A stretch of 64,000 bases of DNA from assembly GCA_002373675.1 (NCBI GenBank), contig DFLF01000002.1, positions 65,984-129,983 of the forward strand, read 5' to 3'. The notes below the pieces were generated by a model. It was not told the origin of the DNA. It searched no databases and saw only the letters and a program-made list of their open reading frames with translations. The position numbers and the translations under genes are program-made. Positions 28,547-36,601 of this stretch are shown piece after piece. Source of the DNA: Pseudobutyrivibrio sp. UBA3626. Lineage in GTDB: Bacteria > Bacillota > Clostridia > Lachnospirales > Lachnospiraceae. Each line of letters starts with the position of its first letter. Positions within the stretch are counted from its first letter, which is position 1.

Positions 28547-28819
28547 ATGTTAAAGAAGAGAGTAACTATCACTAATTTGTCAGGTCTTCATATGGGAGCT
28601 GCTGGAAAGTTTTGTGATGAGGCAATAAAGTATTCTGATACAAAAATAAAATTTATTTACAAAGAAAACTATGAAGCTAATGCCAAATCAATGTTAAGTG
28701 TACTTGGAGCCAGCGTTCAGGCAGGTCAAGAGATTGAAATTATATGTGATGGACCGCAGGAAGAGGAGGCATTAGTTGCCCTTGTTGAATTAGTAGAAAG
28801 TAATTTTGATGAATTATAG
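28547..28819 (+). CDS. HPr-family phosphocarrier-like protein with non-canonical active-site loop
   Basis: 90-aa ORF. His15 is present, but the loop reads GLHMGAAG instead of GLHARPA (no Arg17). A Ser46-like site sits in NAKSMLSVLGA. The gene starts 10 nt after the cdaR stop. Confidence 0.7.
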   Translation: MLKKRVTITNLSGLHMGAAGKFCDEAIKYSDTKIKFIYKENYEANAKSMLSVLGASVQAGQEIEIICDGPQEEEALVALVELVESNFDEL

Positions 28820-28842
28820 TAAAATATTAGGAAGGAAAAGTA

Positions 28843-30504
28843 ATGTTAAAATACAATAGATATAAGAGAAATCCTGTTGTGGATTTTCCTGAGAGAACAT
28901 GGCCAAATAAAGAAATTGAGAAGGCGCCTATATGGTGTAGCGTGGATTTGAGAGATGGCAATCAAGCGTTAATTGAACCAATGAATGTAGAAGAGAAGAT
29001 GGAAATGTTTGAACTTCTTCTTAAACTTGGATTCAAAGAAATTGAGATAGGATTTCCTGCTGCAAGTCAGATAGAATATGATTTCTTAAGGAAACTTGTA
29101 AAGGAGAATAAGATTCCAGATGATGTTAAAGTTCAAGTGCTTTGCCAATGTCGTCAGGAATTGATAGATAGAACGTTTGAGGCGATTCAAGGGATACCTA
29201 ATGTAATATTCCACATTTACAATTCGACATCTACATTGCAGAGAGACGTTGTATTCCATAAGTCCCGTGAAGAGATAATCGATATTGCTGTAGCAGGAAC
29301 TAATATGGTTACTTCCGGAATGAAGAATTTTGATGGTAATATTCAGTTAGAGTATTCACCCGAATCTTTTACTGGAACTGAACTTGACTTTGCATTAGAG
29401 ATTTGTACTGCTGTACAAGATGCATGGGGCAGGGCAAATGATAATCCTATTATATTTAATCTTCCTGCGACAGTAGAGATGAATACGCCTAATGTGTATG
29501 CTGATCAGATTGAATGGATGAGCACACATTTTAAAGATAGAGATAATATTATCTTATCTGTACATCCACATAATGATAGGGGAACAGGTGTTGCAATAAC
29601 GGAACTATCTCTTCTTGCAGGCGCAGACAGAGTAGAAGGTACACTTCTTGGCAATGGCGAGAGAACAGGAAATGTTGATATTCTTACAGTTGCCTATAAT
29701 ATGTTTAGTCAGGGAATTAATCCTAATCTTAATATTGAAAATGTAAAAGAGATTGTTGAGATTTATGAACGTTGTTGCAAGATGGAAGTAGATATGAGAC
29801 ATCCATATGCCGGTAAACTCGTATTTACAGCATTTTCCGGTTCTCATCAGGATGCAATTAACAAAGGAGTTAAAGCATTAAAGGAAAGAGGAGAAGATAA
29901 ATGGGAAGTGCCATATCTTCCAATTGACCCTGCTGATATAGGACGTGAGTATGAGCCTGTTGTTAGAATCAATTCTCAATCCGGTAAGGGTGGAGTCGCT
30001 TTTGTTATGGATACAATCTATGGCTATAAGATTCCAAAGGATATGCAGAGAGAATTTGCCAATGTAATTCAGGCTATTTCCGAGAAAGAAGGCGGAGAAG
30101 TTAAGCCTGAAAGGGTTATGGCTGCTTTCAAAGAACAGTATTTTGAGAAGAAAGAACCATTTGAACTTATATTTGTTGATGTAGATGATAGATCAAGCAA
30201 TGATGATACCAAGGTATCTGTTGACTTTAAATACAGGGGAGAAAGCATGCATTCAGAGGCTGAAGGGAATGGTCCTATTGATGCGCTTAAGACTGCAATC
30301 AGACAGTGTGTCCCTGATGTAGATTTTAGTGTAGAGGATTACTCGGAACATTCACTTTCTCAGGGTTCTCACGCTAAGGCTGCTGCTTATATGAAGCTTA
30401 TGAATCCTATAACCGGTAAGATTACATACGGAGTAGGGGTTAGCTCTAATATTACTAGAGCAGGTATAAGAGGTATATTCTCAGCGCTTAATCGTTTGTT
30501 TTAA
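28843..30504 (+). CDS. leuA: 2-isopropylmalate synthase, long (LeuA type 2) form
   Basis: 553-aa ORF with PERTWPNKEIEKAPIWCSVDLRDGNQALIEPM and HPHNDRGTG. A C-terminal LeuA-dimer/regulatory domain is present. Confidence 0.85.
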   Translation: MLKYNRYKRNPVVDFPERTWPNKEIEKAPIWCSVDLRDGNQALIEPMNVEEKMEMFELLLKLGFKEIEIGFPAASQIEYDFLRKLVKENKIPDDVKVQVLCQCRQELIDRTFEAIQGIPNVIFHIYNSTSTLQRDVVFHKSREEIIDIAVAGTNMVTSGMKNFDGNIQLEYSPESFTGTELDFALEICTAVQDAWGRANDNPIIFNLPATVEMNTPNVYADQIEWMSTHFKDRDNIILSVHPHNDRGTGVAITELSLLAGADRVEGTLLGNGERTGNVDILTVAYNMFSQGINPNLNIENVKEIVEIYERCCKMEVDMRHPYAGKLVFTAFSGSHQDAINKGVKALKERGEDKWEVPYLPIDPADIGREYEPVVRINSQSGKGGVAFVMDTIYGYKIPKDMQREFANVIQAISEKEGGEVKPERVMAAFKEQYFEKKEPFELIFVDVDDRSSNDDTKVSVDFKYRGESMHSEAEGNGPIDALKTAIRQCVPDVDFSVEDYSEHSLSQGSHAKAAAYMKLMNPITGKITYGVGVSSNITRAGIRGIFSALNRLF

Positions 30505-30517
30505 TAGGAGGTTGTTT

Positions 30518-31393
30518 ATGAAGAAGATTCTAGTCACAGGTTGTAATGGTCAGTTGGGTCGTGCTATTAGAAATGAATATGGAAATAGTGTCGAGTTCAT
30601 TAAGACTGATATGATTGATATGGAGGGTATTATTAAGCTTGATATATCGAATCTTGAAGCTGTAAGAAAAGTATGCACGGACACAAAACCTGATGTAATA
30701 ATTAATTGTGCGGCATTCACAAATGTAGATGGATGCGAAGAAAGAGAAGAAGTTGCATATCAGGCAAATGCTATAGGACCTAAGAATCTGGCTATTGTTT
30801 CGAAAGAGAATGATATTAAATTGATTCATATTTCTACAGATTATGTATTCGCTGGAGATGGTAATAGACCTTACGTTGAGACAGATGAGCCTAATCCTGT
30901 ATCAGCCTATGGAAGAACTAAGCTGGCAGGCGAGAAATTCGTACAGGAGAATGCTGATAAGTACTTCATTCTTCGTACTGCATGGTTGTATGGAGATGGT
31001 AAGAATTTTGTCAAAACCATGCTTAATGCAGCTAAAACTCACGACGAAGTATCGGTAGTATGTGATCAATTAGGAACACCAACATCGGCAGTAGAGCTTT
31101 CTAAGATGATACATTTCTTAGAAGGAACAGATGATTATGGTATTTATCATGCCACATGTGAAGGTGATACTAATTGGGCCGAATTTACTGAAGCATTCTA
31201 TAAGAAATGTGATATTAAAACAAAGGTAAATCATGTTACAAGTGAAGAGTATGCGGCTATTAATCCGGCAGCAGCAAACAGACCTAAGTATTCAATTCTT
31301 GAAAATGCACATTTAAAAGAAGTAACAGATGAATTCTCAATGGCTAATTGGGAGGATGCCTTAGATTATTACTTGGCTAATATGCCCGAATAG
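30518..31393 (+). CDS. rfbD: dTDP-4-dehydrorhamnose reductase
   Basis: MKKILVTGCNGQLG, STDYVF and YGRTK catalytic motifs. AGGAGG lies 6 nt upstream of ATG 30518. Confidence 0.88.
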   Translation: MKKILVTGCNGQLGRAIRNEYGNSVEFIKTDMIDMEGIIKLDISNLEAVRKVCTDTKPDVIINCAAFTNVDGCEEREEVAYQANAIGPKNLAIVSKENDIKLIHISTDYVFAGDGNRPYVETDEPNPVSAYGRTKLAGEKFVQENADKYFILRTAWLYGDGKNFVKTMLNAAKTHDEVSVVCDQLGTPTSAVELSKMIHFLEGTDDYGIYHATCEGDTNWAEFTEAFYKKCDIKTKVNHVTSEEYAAINPAAANRPKYSILENAHLKEVTDEFSMANWEDALDYYLANMPE

Positions 31394-31411
31394 ACATTAG
31401 TGAGGCATTAT

Positions 31412-32245
31412 ATGAATAGTAAACCATTAGTGTCAGTATGTATACCTGCATATAATAATGCAGAATACATATTAGAAACAATTGAAAACATATTAAATCA
31501 AAGTTATAGGAACATAGAACTTATTGTTGTTGATGATAAGTCAAGCGACAACACAGTTGATGTTGTTAAATCTGTCAGAGATAACAGGGTTAGAGTATTT
31601 GAAAATAAAGAAAATCTTGGCATGGCAGGGAATTGGAACAGATGTCTGGAGTTGTGTCAGGGCAAATATATTAAGCTTATATGTGCAGATGATTTGTTAC
31701 ACAGACGTTTAATAGAAAAAGAAGTTGCGATAATGGAGGCTTATCCAGAAGTTAATCTTGTGCAATCTGATACGCAATTTATTGATCTTAATGGTAGACC
31801 GAAGGGATTCTATAGGAGATATTATAAATCCGGTCTTGTGGATGGTAAAGAAGCATCAAGATTTTCTGTTTTTACAAGAGACTATCTTGGAGCACCGCTT
31901 GCTAACATGATTAGGAAGTCAACATACGATATTCTTGGTGGTTTTGACGAAAAACTGGTATATATTATTGATTATGATTTCTATATGAAACTTGCTAATT
32001 ATGGTAAAATCTATATTGTTCATAAACCACTTAATTATTTCAGGATAAGAAATGATTCTAATACCGGACAGGTTATGGGTGGTGGAAAAGAAGATGTATA
32101 CATTGCGGAACATAGACAGTTGGTGGAGAAATACGCTGATGAACTTAATTTGAGCAAATGGCAAATTGAGTTAAGTGTTAGAATAAGAAAACTTATGAGT
32201 TTTCTTGGAAGTATATATCTTAAGATTTTCGTTCCTAAAGAATAG
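31412..32245 (+). CDS. Glycosyltransferase family 2
   Basis: VSVCIPAYNNAEYILETIENILNQSY.NIELIVVDDKSSDNT is a classic GT-A N-terminus. A DxD-like motif sits in ICADD. Confidence 0.8.
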   Translation: MNSKPLVSVCIPAYNNAEYILETIENILNQSYRNIELIVVDDKSSDNTVDVVKSVRDNRVRVFENKENLGMAGNWNRCLELCQGKYIKLICADDLLHRRLIEKEVAIMEAYPEVNLVQSDTQFIDLNGRPKGFYRRYYKSGLVDGKEASRFSVFTRDYLGAPLANMIRKSTYDILGGFDEKLVYIIDYDFYMKLANYGKIYIVHKPLNYFRIRNDSNTGQVMGGGKEDVYIAEHRQLVEKYADELNLSKWQIELSVRIRKLMSFLGSIYLKIFVPKE

Positions 32246-32289
32246 AATGAAAATAGTTTATAAATCTTATATAAAAAAGGAGAAATAAC

Positions 32290-33375
32290 ATGAGAACTTA
32301 TTTAGTAACAGGTGGAGCTGGATTTATTGGAAGTAATTATATTCATTATATGTTCCGTAAATATGATAACGAGATTCGTATCATCAATGTTGATAAGCTT
32401 ACATATGCAGGTAATCTTGAGAATCTTAAGGACGTGGAAAACAGAGATAATTATACATTTGTTAAGGCAGATATCTGTGATAAGGACGCAATCGCTAAAA
32501 TATTTGAGGAAAACGATATCGACAGAGTGGTTCATTTTGCAGCAGAGTCACACGTTGATAGAAGTATTAAGAATCCAGAAGTCTTTGTTCAGACAAATGT
32601 ACTGGGAACAGCTGTAATGCTTAACTGTGCAAAGGCTGCATGGGAACTTCCTGATGGAACATTCAAGGAAGGAAAGAAGTTCCTACATGTGTCTACAGAT
32701 GAGGTATATGGAACACTAGATGATGATCCTAATGCATACTTCTATGAGACAACACCATATGACCCTCATAGTCCTTATTCAGCAAGTAAGGCTTCATCAG
32801 ATATGCTTGTTAAGTCTTATATGGATACATATAAATTCCCTGCTAATATAACTAATTGTTCTAATAATTATGGACCTTATCAATTCCCTGAGAAGCTTAT
32901 TCCACTAATTATTAACAATGCACTTCAGGGTAAGAAGTTACCTGTATATGGTGATGGTAAGAATGTTCGTGACTGGTTATATGTAGATGACCATGCCAAA
33001 GGAATCGATATGGTTCAAGAGAAGGGCAAGTTATTCGAGACATATAATATCGGTGGTCATAACGAGAAACAGAATATAGAGATTATTAATATTATTATTG
33101 AGACACTTCTCGAAATGCTTCCAGAAAATGATCCTCGTCGTGCAAATGTCAGTACAGACTTAATAACTTATGTTGAGGATCGTAAAGGACATGATAGAAG
33201 ATATGCTATTGCTCCGGATAAGATTAAGGCTGAGATTGGTTGGGAGCCGGAAACAATGTTTAAAGAAGGAATAAAGAAGACTATTGCATGGTTCTTTGAG
33301 CATGAAGAGTGGATGAAGAATGTGACATCTGGAGATTATCAGAAGTATTATAGCGATATGTATAGCAATAGATAA
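32290..33375 (+). CDS. rfbB: dTDP-glucose 4,6-dehydratase
   Basis: 361-aa ORF with LVTGGAGFIGSN, STDEVYG and YSASKASSD. Confidence 0.92.
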   Translation: MRTYLVTGGAGFIGSNYIHYMFRKYDNEIRIINVDKLTYAGNLENLKDVENRDNYTFVKADICDKDAIAKIFEENDIDRVVHFAAESHVDRSIKNPEVFVQTNVLGTAVMLNCAKAAWELPDGTFKEGKKFLHVSTDEVYGTLDDDPNAYFYETTPYDPHSPYSASKASSDMLVKSYMDTYKFPANITNCSNNYGPYQFPEKLIPLIINNALQGKKLPVYGDGKNVRDWLYVDDHAKGIDMVQEKGKLFETYNIGGHNEKQNIEIINIIIETLLEMLPENDPRRANVSTDLITYVEDRKGHDRRYAIAPDKIKAEIGWEPETMFKEGIKKTIAWFFEHEEWMKNVTSGDYQKYYSDMYSNR

Positions 33376-33381
33376 TATGTA

Positions 33382-33650
33382 GAGCGAACTGTCCATAAAC
33401 TTCTCATATGCAATATATTCCCGTACTCATGATAATCTTCGCTGAGTATATGTAATTGATTGATGTTCAGTCGTAATTATACGTTAGACGGGGACCGCGA
33501 CAAATTCGCCGTCCAGGCTCAGTTGTCGCATATTCGTGCCTTCCCTGGCACGAATTCCCCTAGATTAATCAATCACTAACATATACTAACGCTTGATTAA
33601 AATCGTACGGCAATTGTATTGCATATGAATTGTTTGTGGACAGTCTTGCG
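33382..33650. repeat. ~270-nt imperfect palindrome with a GC-rich three-way-junction core (MITE/PATE-like element or structured RNA)
   Basis: Left arm 33388-33427 is ACTGTCCATAAACTTCTCATATGCAATATATTCCCGTAC. The reverse complement of 33605-33644 is ACTGTCCACAAACAATTCATATGCAATACAATTGCCGTAC. A second arm pair lies at about 33430-33465 and 33565-33603. Core stems are 33490-33494/33556-33560, 33497-33503/33523-33529 and 33532-33540/33547-33555. Confidence 0.7.
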
Positions 33651-33675
33651 TCACAGCTTATATAGGAGATAATAG

Positions 33676-34581
33676 ATGACGGTAGGAGTTGTGATTGTTA
33701 CCTACAATAGAATAGAGCTTCTAAAAGAGTGTATTAAGCGAGTGCTTAGTCAGTCATATCCTGTAACAAACGTTATTGTTGTCAATAATAACAGTAATGA
33801 TGGTACGAAGGAGTATCTAGATTCCTTGAGGGATAAAAGGGTGATTGTTAATCACGAGAAAACCAACTTGGGCGGTGCCGGTGGTTTTCATAAGGCGCTT
33901 CAAATAGCATCTGCTAAGAATTTCGATTATGTTCTGATTATTGATGATGACGCAATGATTGAAAAAAATTACATAAAGAAGATTATTGACTTTGCAGATA
34001 ATAATCCAGAGTATAATGCTTATGCAGGTGCCGTCTACACAGAAGGCGAGATTGATCCATATCACAGAAGAAGGCTGGGCTCTAGATTAATCTTTTGGGA
34101 GAAAATGATTCCGAGGGAAATGTATGATAGGCCGCGACGCTTTGATTTTGCGACCTTCTGTGGTCTGGTAATCAGAGGGAGTGAACTTAAAAGAATTGGC
34201 CTTCCTAATAAAGAATATTTTATATGGTACGATGATAGTGAATTCTGTCTAAGAATTGACGGTGGAATTGCTCTTGTTCCTAAAGCTAAGCTTAATCACA
34301 AGACGGTGCTTAATTATATAACCGGCAATATCTTGAGCCGGATTACATGGAAGCATTATTACGGATATCGCAATCGTTATGATTGTGCTAAGAGACACCT
34401 TGGACCTTTAACTTGTATTATGATACTTGGAGAATACAGCGTGTTTTATGCAGGGAGTCTTCTTATGTATCTTAATCCCGATAAACGTATACAGGCATCA
34501 TATAATCTTAAGATGTTAAGGCGTGTTATGATGGATTGTATAACCGGAAGGCTTGGCAAGAATCCTGACTACTTACCATAG
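33676..34581 (+). CDS. GT2 glycosyltransferase, GlfT1-like (putative galactofuranosyl- or rhamnosyl-transferase)
   Basis: 301-aa ORF with VVIVTYNR, VVNNNSNDGT, NLGGAGGF, LIIDDDAM, FIWYDDSEFCLR and YGYRNR. It is a paralogue of the next gene. Confidence 0.7.
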   Translation: MTVGVVIVTYNRIELLKECIKRVLSQSYPVTNVIVVNNNSNDGTKEYLDSLRDKRVIVNHEKTNLGGAGGFHKALQIASAKNFDYVLIIDDDAMIEKNYIKKIIDFADNNPEYNAYAGAVYTEGEIDPYHRRRLGSRLIFWEKMIPREMYDRPRRFDFATFCGLVIRGSELKRIGLPNKEYFIWYDDSEFCLRIDGGIALVPKAKLNHKTVLNYITGNILSRITWKHYYGYRNRYDCAKRHLGPLTCIMILGEYSVFYAGSLLMYLNPDKRIQASYNLKMLRRVMMDCITGRLGKNPDYLP

Positions 34582-34601
34582 ATTATTGTTGACAAAAAAA
34601 G

Positions 34602-34628
34602 TTGACAAAAGAACCGTCCCCTTGTCAA
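34602..34628 (-). repeat. REP-like palindromic repeat, copy 4 (TTGACAAAAGAACCGTCCCCTTGTCAA)
   Basis: Differs by one nucleotide from the reverse complement of copy 2. A partial TTGACAAAAAAAG duplication precedes it at 34589-34601. It lies in the gap between the two GlfT1-like paralogues. Confidence 0.75.
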
Positions 34629-34647
34629 CTTAGCATAGGAGAGAATT

Positions 34648-35538
34648 ATGAACAACGTTGCAGCAATAGTAGTTACATACAACAGAAAAGAGCTCCTAAG
34701 AGAGTGCATAAAAGCGCTTCAAGCATCATCTCGTAGTGTTGATATTATAGTGATTGATAATAATAGTACAGATGGAACAAGAAAGTATATTGCTGACCTT
34801 ATAGGTGGTAATGTGTTCTACAAACGCCTTAAGAAGAATATAGGTGGCGCCGGTGGATTTAGCGCTGGAATGAAATATGCCGTAAGACAAGGCTATGAAT
34901 ATATCTGGATTATGGATGATGATACCATTGTTAAGGAGAATTCCTTAGAACAACTTATGAATGTGACAGAAAGTGTTCATGACAATTTTGGTTTCTTGTC
35001 TTCTTCTGTTAAATGGATAGATGGAAGTGACTGTAAGATGAATATTCAGACATATAAGTCTAATCTTACAGATATCGAGAAAGCATATGCGGATAGAGGA
35101 ATCTGTCCTGTTAAGGCAGCTACATTTGTATCCCTTTTATTTAAAGCTGATGCCATTAAAGAAGTGGGACTCCCCCTCAAGGAGTACTTTATTTGGGGAG
35201 ATGACAAAGAATATACACTTCGTATGTCTGCTAGATTCAATTGCTACAATGTAGTGGACAGTAAAGTTATACATAAGATGAATAATAATGAAGGTTCTAA
35301 TATCACGAAAGATAAAATAGGAAGAATTGATAGATATTTCTATGCATATAGAAATGATTTTGCTACAGCCAGAGAATTGGGAGCTAAGGAAATATGTATT
35401 TACTTTGCGGGTTTTGGACTTAACTCCGCACGAGTCCTTCTATACGCCAGTGACAACAGGAAGGCTAGACTTAATGTAATGTTTCGAGGATTGATTAGTG
35501 GGTTAACATTTAGACCAAGAATTAGATATGTGGATTGA
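34648..35538 (+). CDS. GT2 glycosyltransferase, GlfT1-like (paralogue of 33676-34581)
   Basis: 296-aa ORF with AAIVVTYNR, IVIDNNSTDGT, NIGGAGGF, WIMDDDTIV, FIWGDDKEYTLR and YAYRND. Confidence 0.7.
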   Translation: MNNVAAIVVTYNRKELLRECIKALQASSRSVDIIVIDNNSTDGTRKYIADLIGGNVFYKRLKKNIGGAGGFSAGMKYAVRQGYEYIWIMDDDTIVKENSLEQLMNVTESVHDNFGFLSSSVKWIDGSDCKMNIQTYKSNLTDIEKAYADRGICPVKAATFVSLLFKADAIKEVGLPLKEYFIWGDDKEYTLRMSARFNCYNVVDSKVIHKMNNNEGSNITKDKIGRIDRYFYAYRNDFATARELGAKEICIYFAGFGLNSARVLLYASDNRKARLNVMFRGLISGLTFRPRIRYVD

Positions 35539-35571
35539 TGAAAATGCAATTTCATGTTCTGCGAGCTATTA

Positions 35572-36540
35572 CTAGAAATAGTGATAAAAAAACCATACAA
35601 AGAAGTCTTTACTCCATATAGGCACATATAGTGTTCTAGGTCTTATTCTTTTACATAGCCTTTTGAGAGCCTGTTTGGATTTTTTAATCTGGTCTTTGTG
35701 TCTGGCTTTGTTCTCGCTTAGAAAACGTATATCATTATTGGTGAATTCAAAGCAGAAATTATATGCCATTATATAGGCTTTGTCATTGACTTTTTGTAGA
35801 TAGTCAAGAATTACTTTGTAGGCATCATATGCTACAAGAAGACGTGGGATACGTTGCTCTTCAGTTTGTGTAATGCTAGATGATACAAATCTGTAATTAT
35901 AGAGAAGTTCAGGGAGCAAGACCACATTGTTAATGGAGCTTGCAGCCTCTAGTACCCACAACTTGTCTTCATACATGTTGAGGGCAGGGTTGAAGCTGGG
36001 AATTGAATTATCATTTGCGGTGAGACTGCTAACGCGCCATAGTTTATTCCATGGATAACCGCCACCGCATTTATAATTATCAGAACCAACTTCAATTTGA
36101 AATGTATTTGCATCAACAACTCTGACTTTATCAGTGATTTGTTGAATATAGGTATCGAGTTCGCAATAATCAGTCCAGCCAAAGACTGCACAGTCTGCAT
36201 TGTATTTTATAAGGGCATCAATAGCAAGAGACCAGGCTTCAGGCTTAAGACTATCGTCGGAATCCACGAAGGTTAATATGTCTCCTGTCGCGACTTTAAT
36301 GCCGTTGTTTCGAGCAACACTTACGCCGGCATTTTTCTGGTGGAGGGTAATAATACGTGAATCGCGATTTGCATAATCATCGCATATTTTGGCGCAAGAA
36401 GAATCAGAGCCATCATCTACTAAGATAAGCTCGAAGTTTGTATATGTCTGATTGAGAATGCTGTTTACACACTCTTCAAGATATTCGGTTTTTGTGTTAT
36501 ATACCGGTACAACAGCACTTATTAATAATTTATTATCCAT
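35572..36540 (-). CDS. Glycosyltransferase family 2
   Basis: ISAVVPVYNTKTEYLEECVNSILNQTY.NFELILVDDGSDD-like N-terminus, with VDSDD as the DxD motif. It is the only minus-strand gene in the glycan locus. Confidence 0.8.
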   Translation of the reverse strand: MDNKLLISAVVPVYNTKTEYLEECVNSILNQTYTNFELILVDDGSDSSCAKICDDYANRDSRIITLHQKNAGVSVARNNGIKVATGDILTFVDSDDSLKPEAWSLAIDALIKYNADCAVFGWTDYCELDTYIQQITDKVRVVDANTFQIEVGSDNYKCGGGYPWNKLWRVSSLTANDNSIPSFNPALNMYEDKLWVLEAASSINNVVLLPELLYNYRFVSSSITQTEEQRIPRLLVAYDAYKVILDYLQKVNDKAYIMAYNFCFEFTNNDIRFLSENKARHKDQIKKSKQALKRLCKRIRPRTLYVPIWSKDFFVWFFYHYF

Positions 36541-36601
36541 AGCTACATTATGCGACTTACGATAGATTTTTTCAAGAGATAGAATTGATTAGGTTATATT
36601 A

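Noticed and set aside
33490-33560. The 71-nt GC-rich core of the palindrome as a tRNA, or the whole palindrome as a retron msr/msd.
   Set aside because: The fold is a Y-shaped junction with 5-, 7- and 9-bp stems and junction strands of only 2, 2 and 0 nt. It is not a cloverleaf: there is no T-loop, D-loop or anticodon-arm geometry. No reverse transcriptase gene is anywhere in the window.
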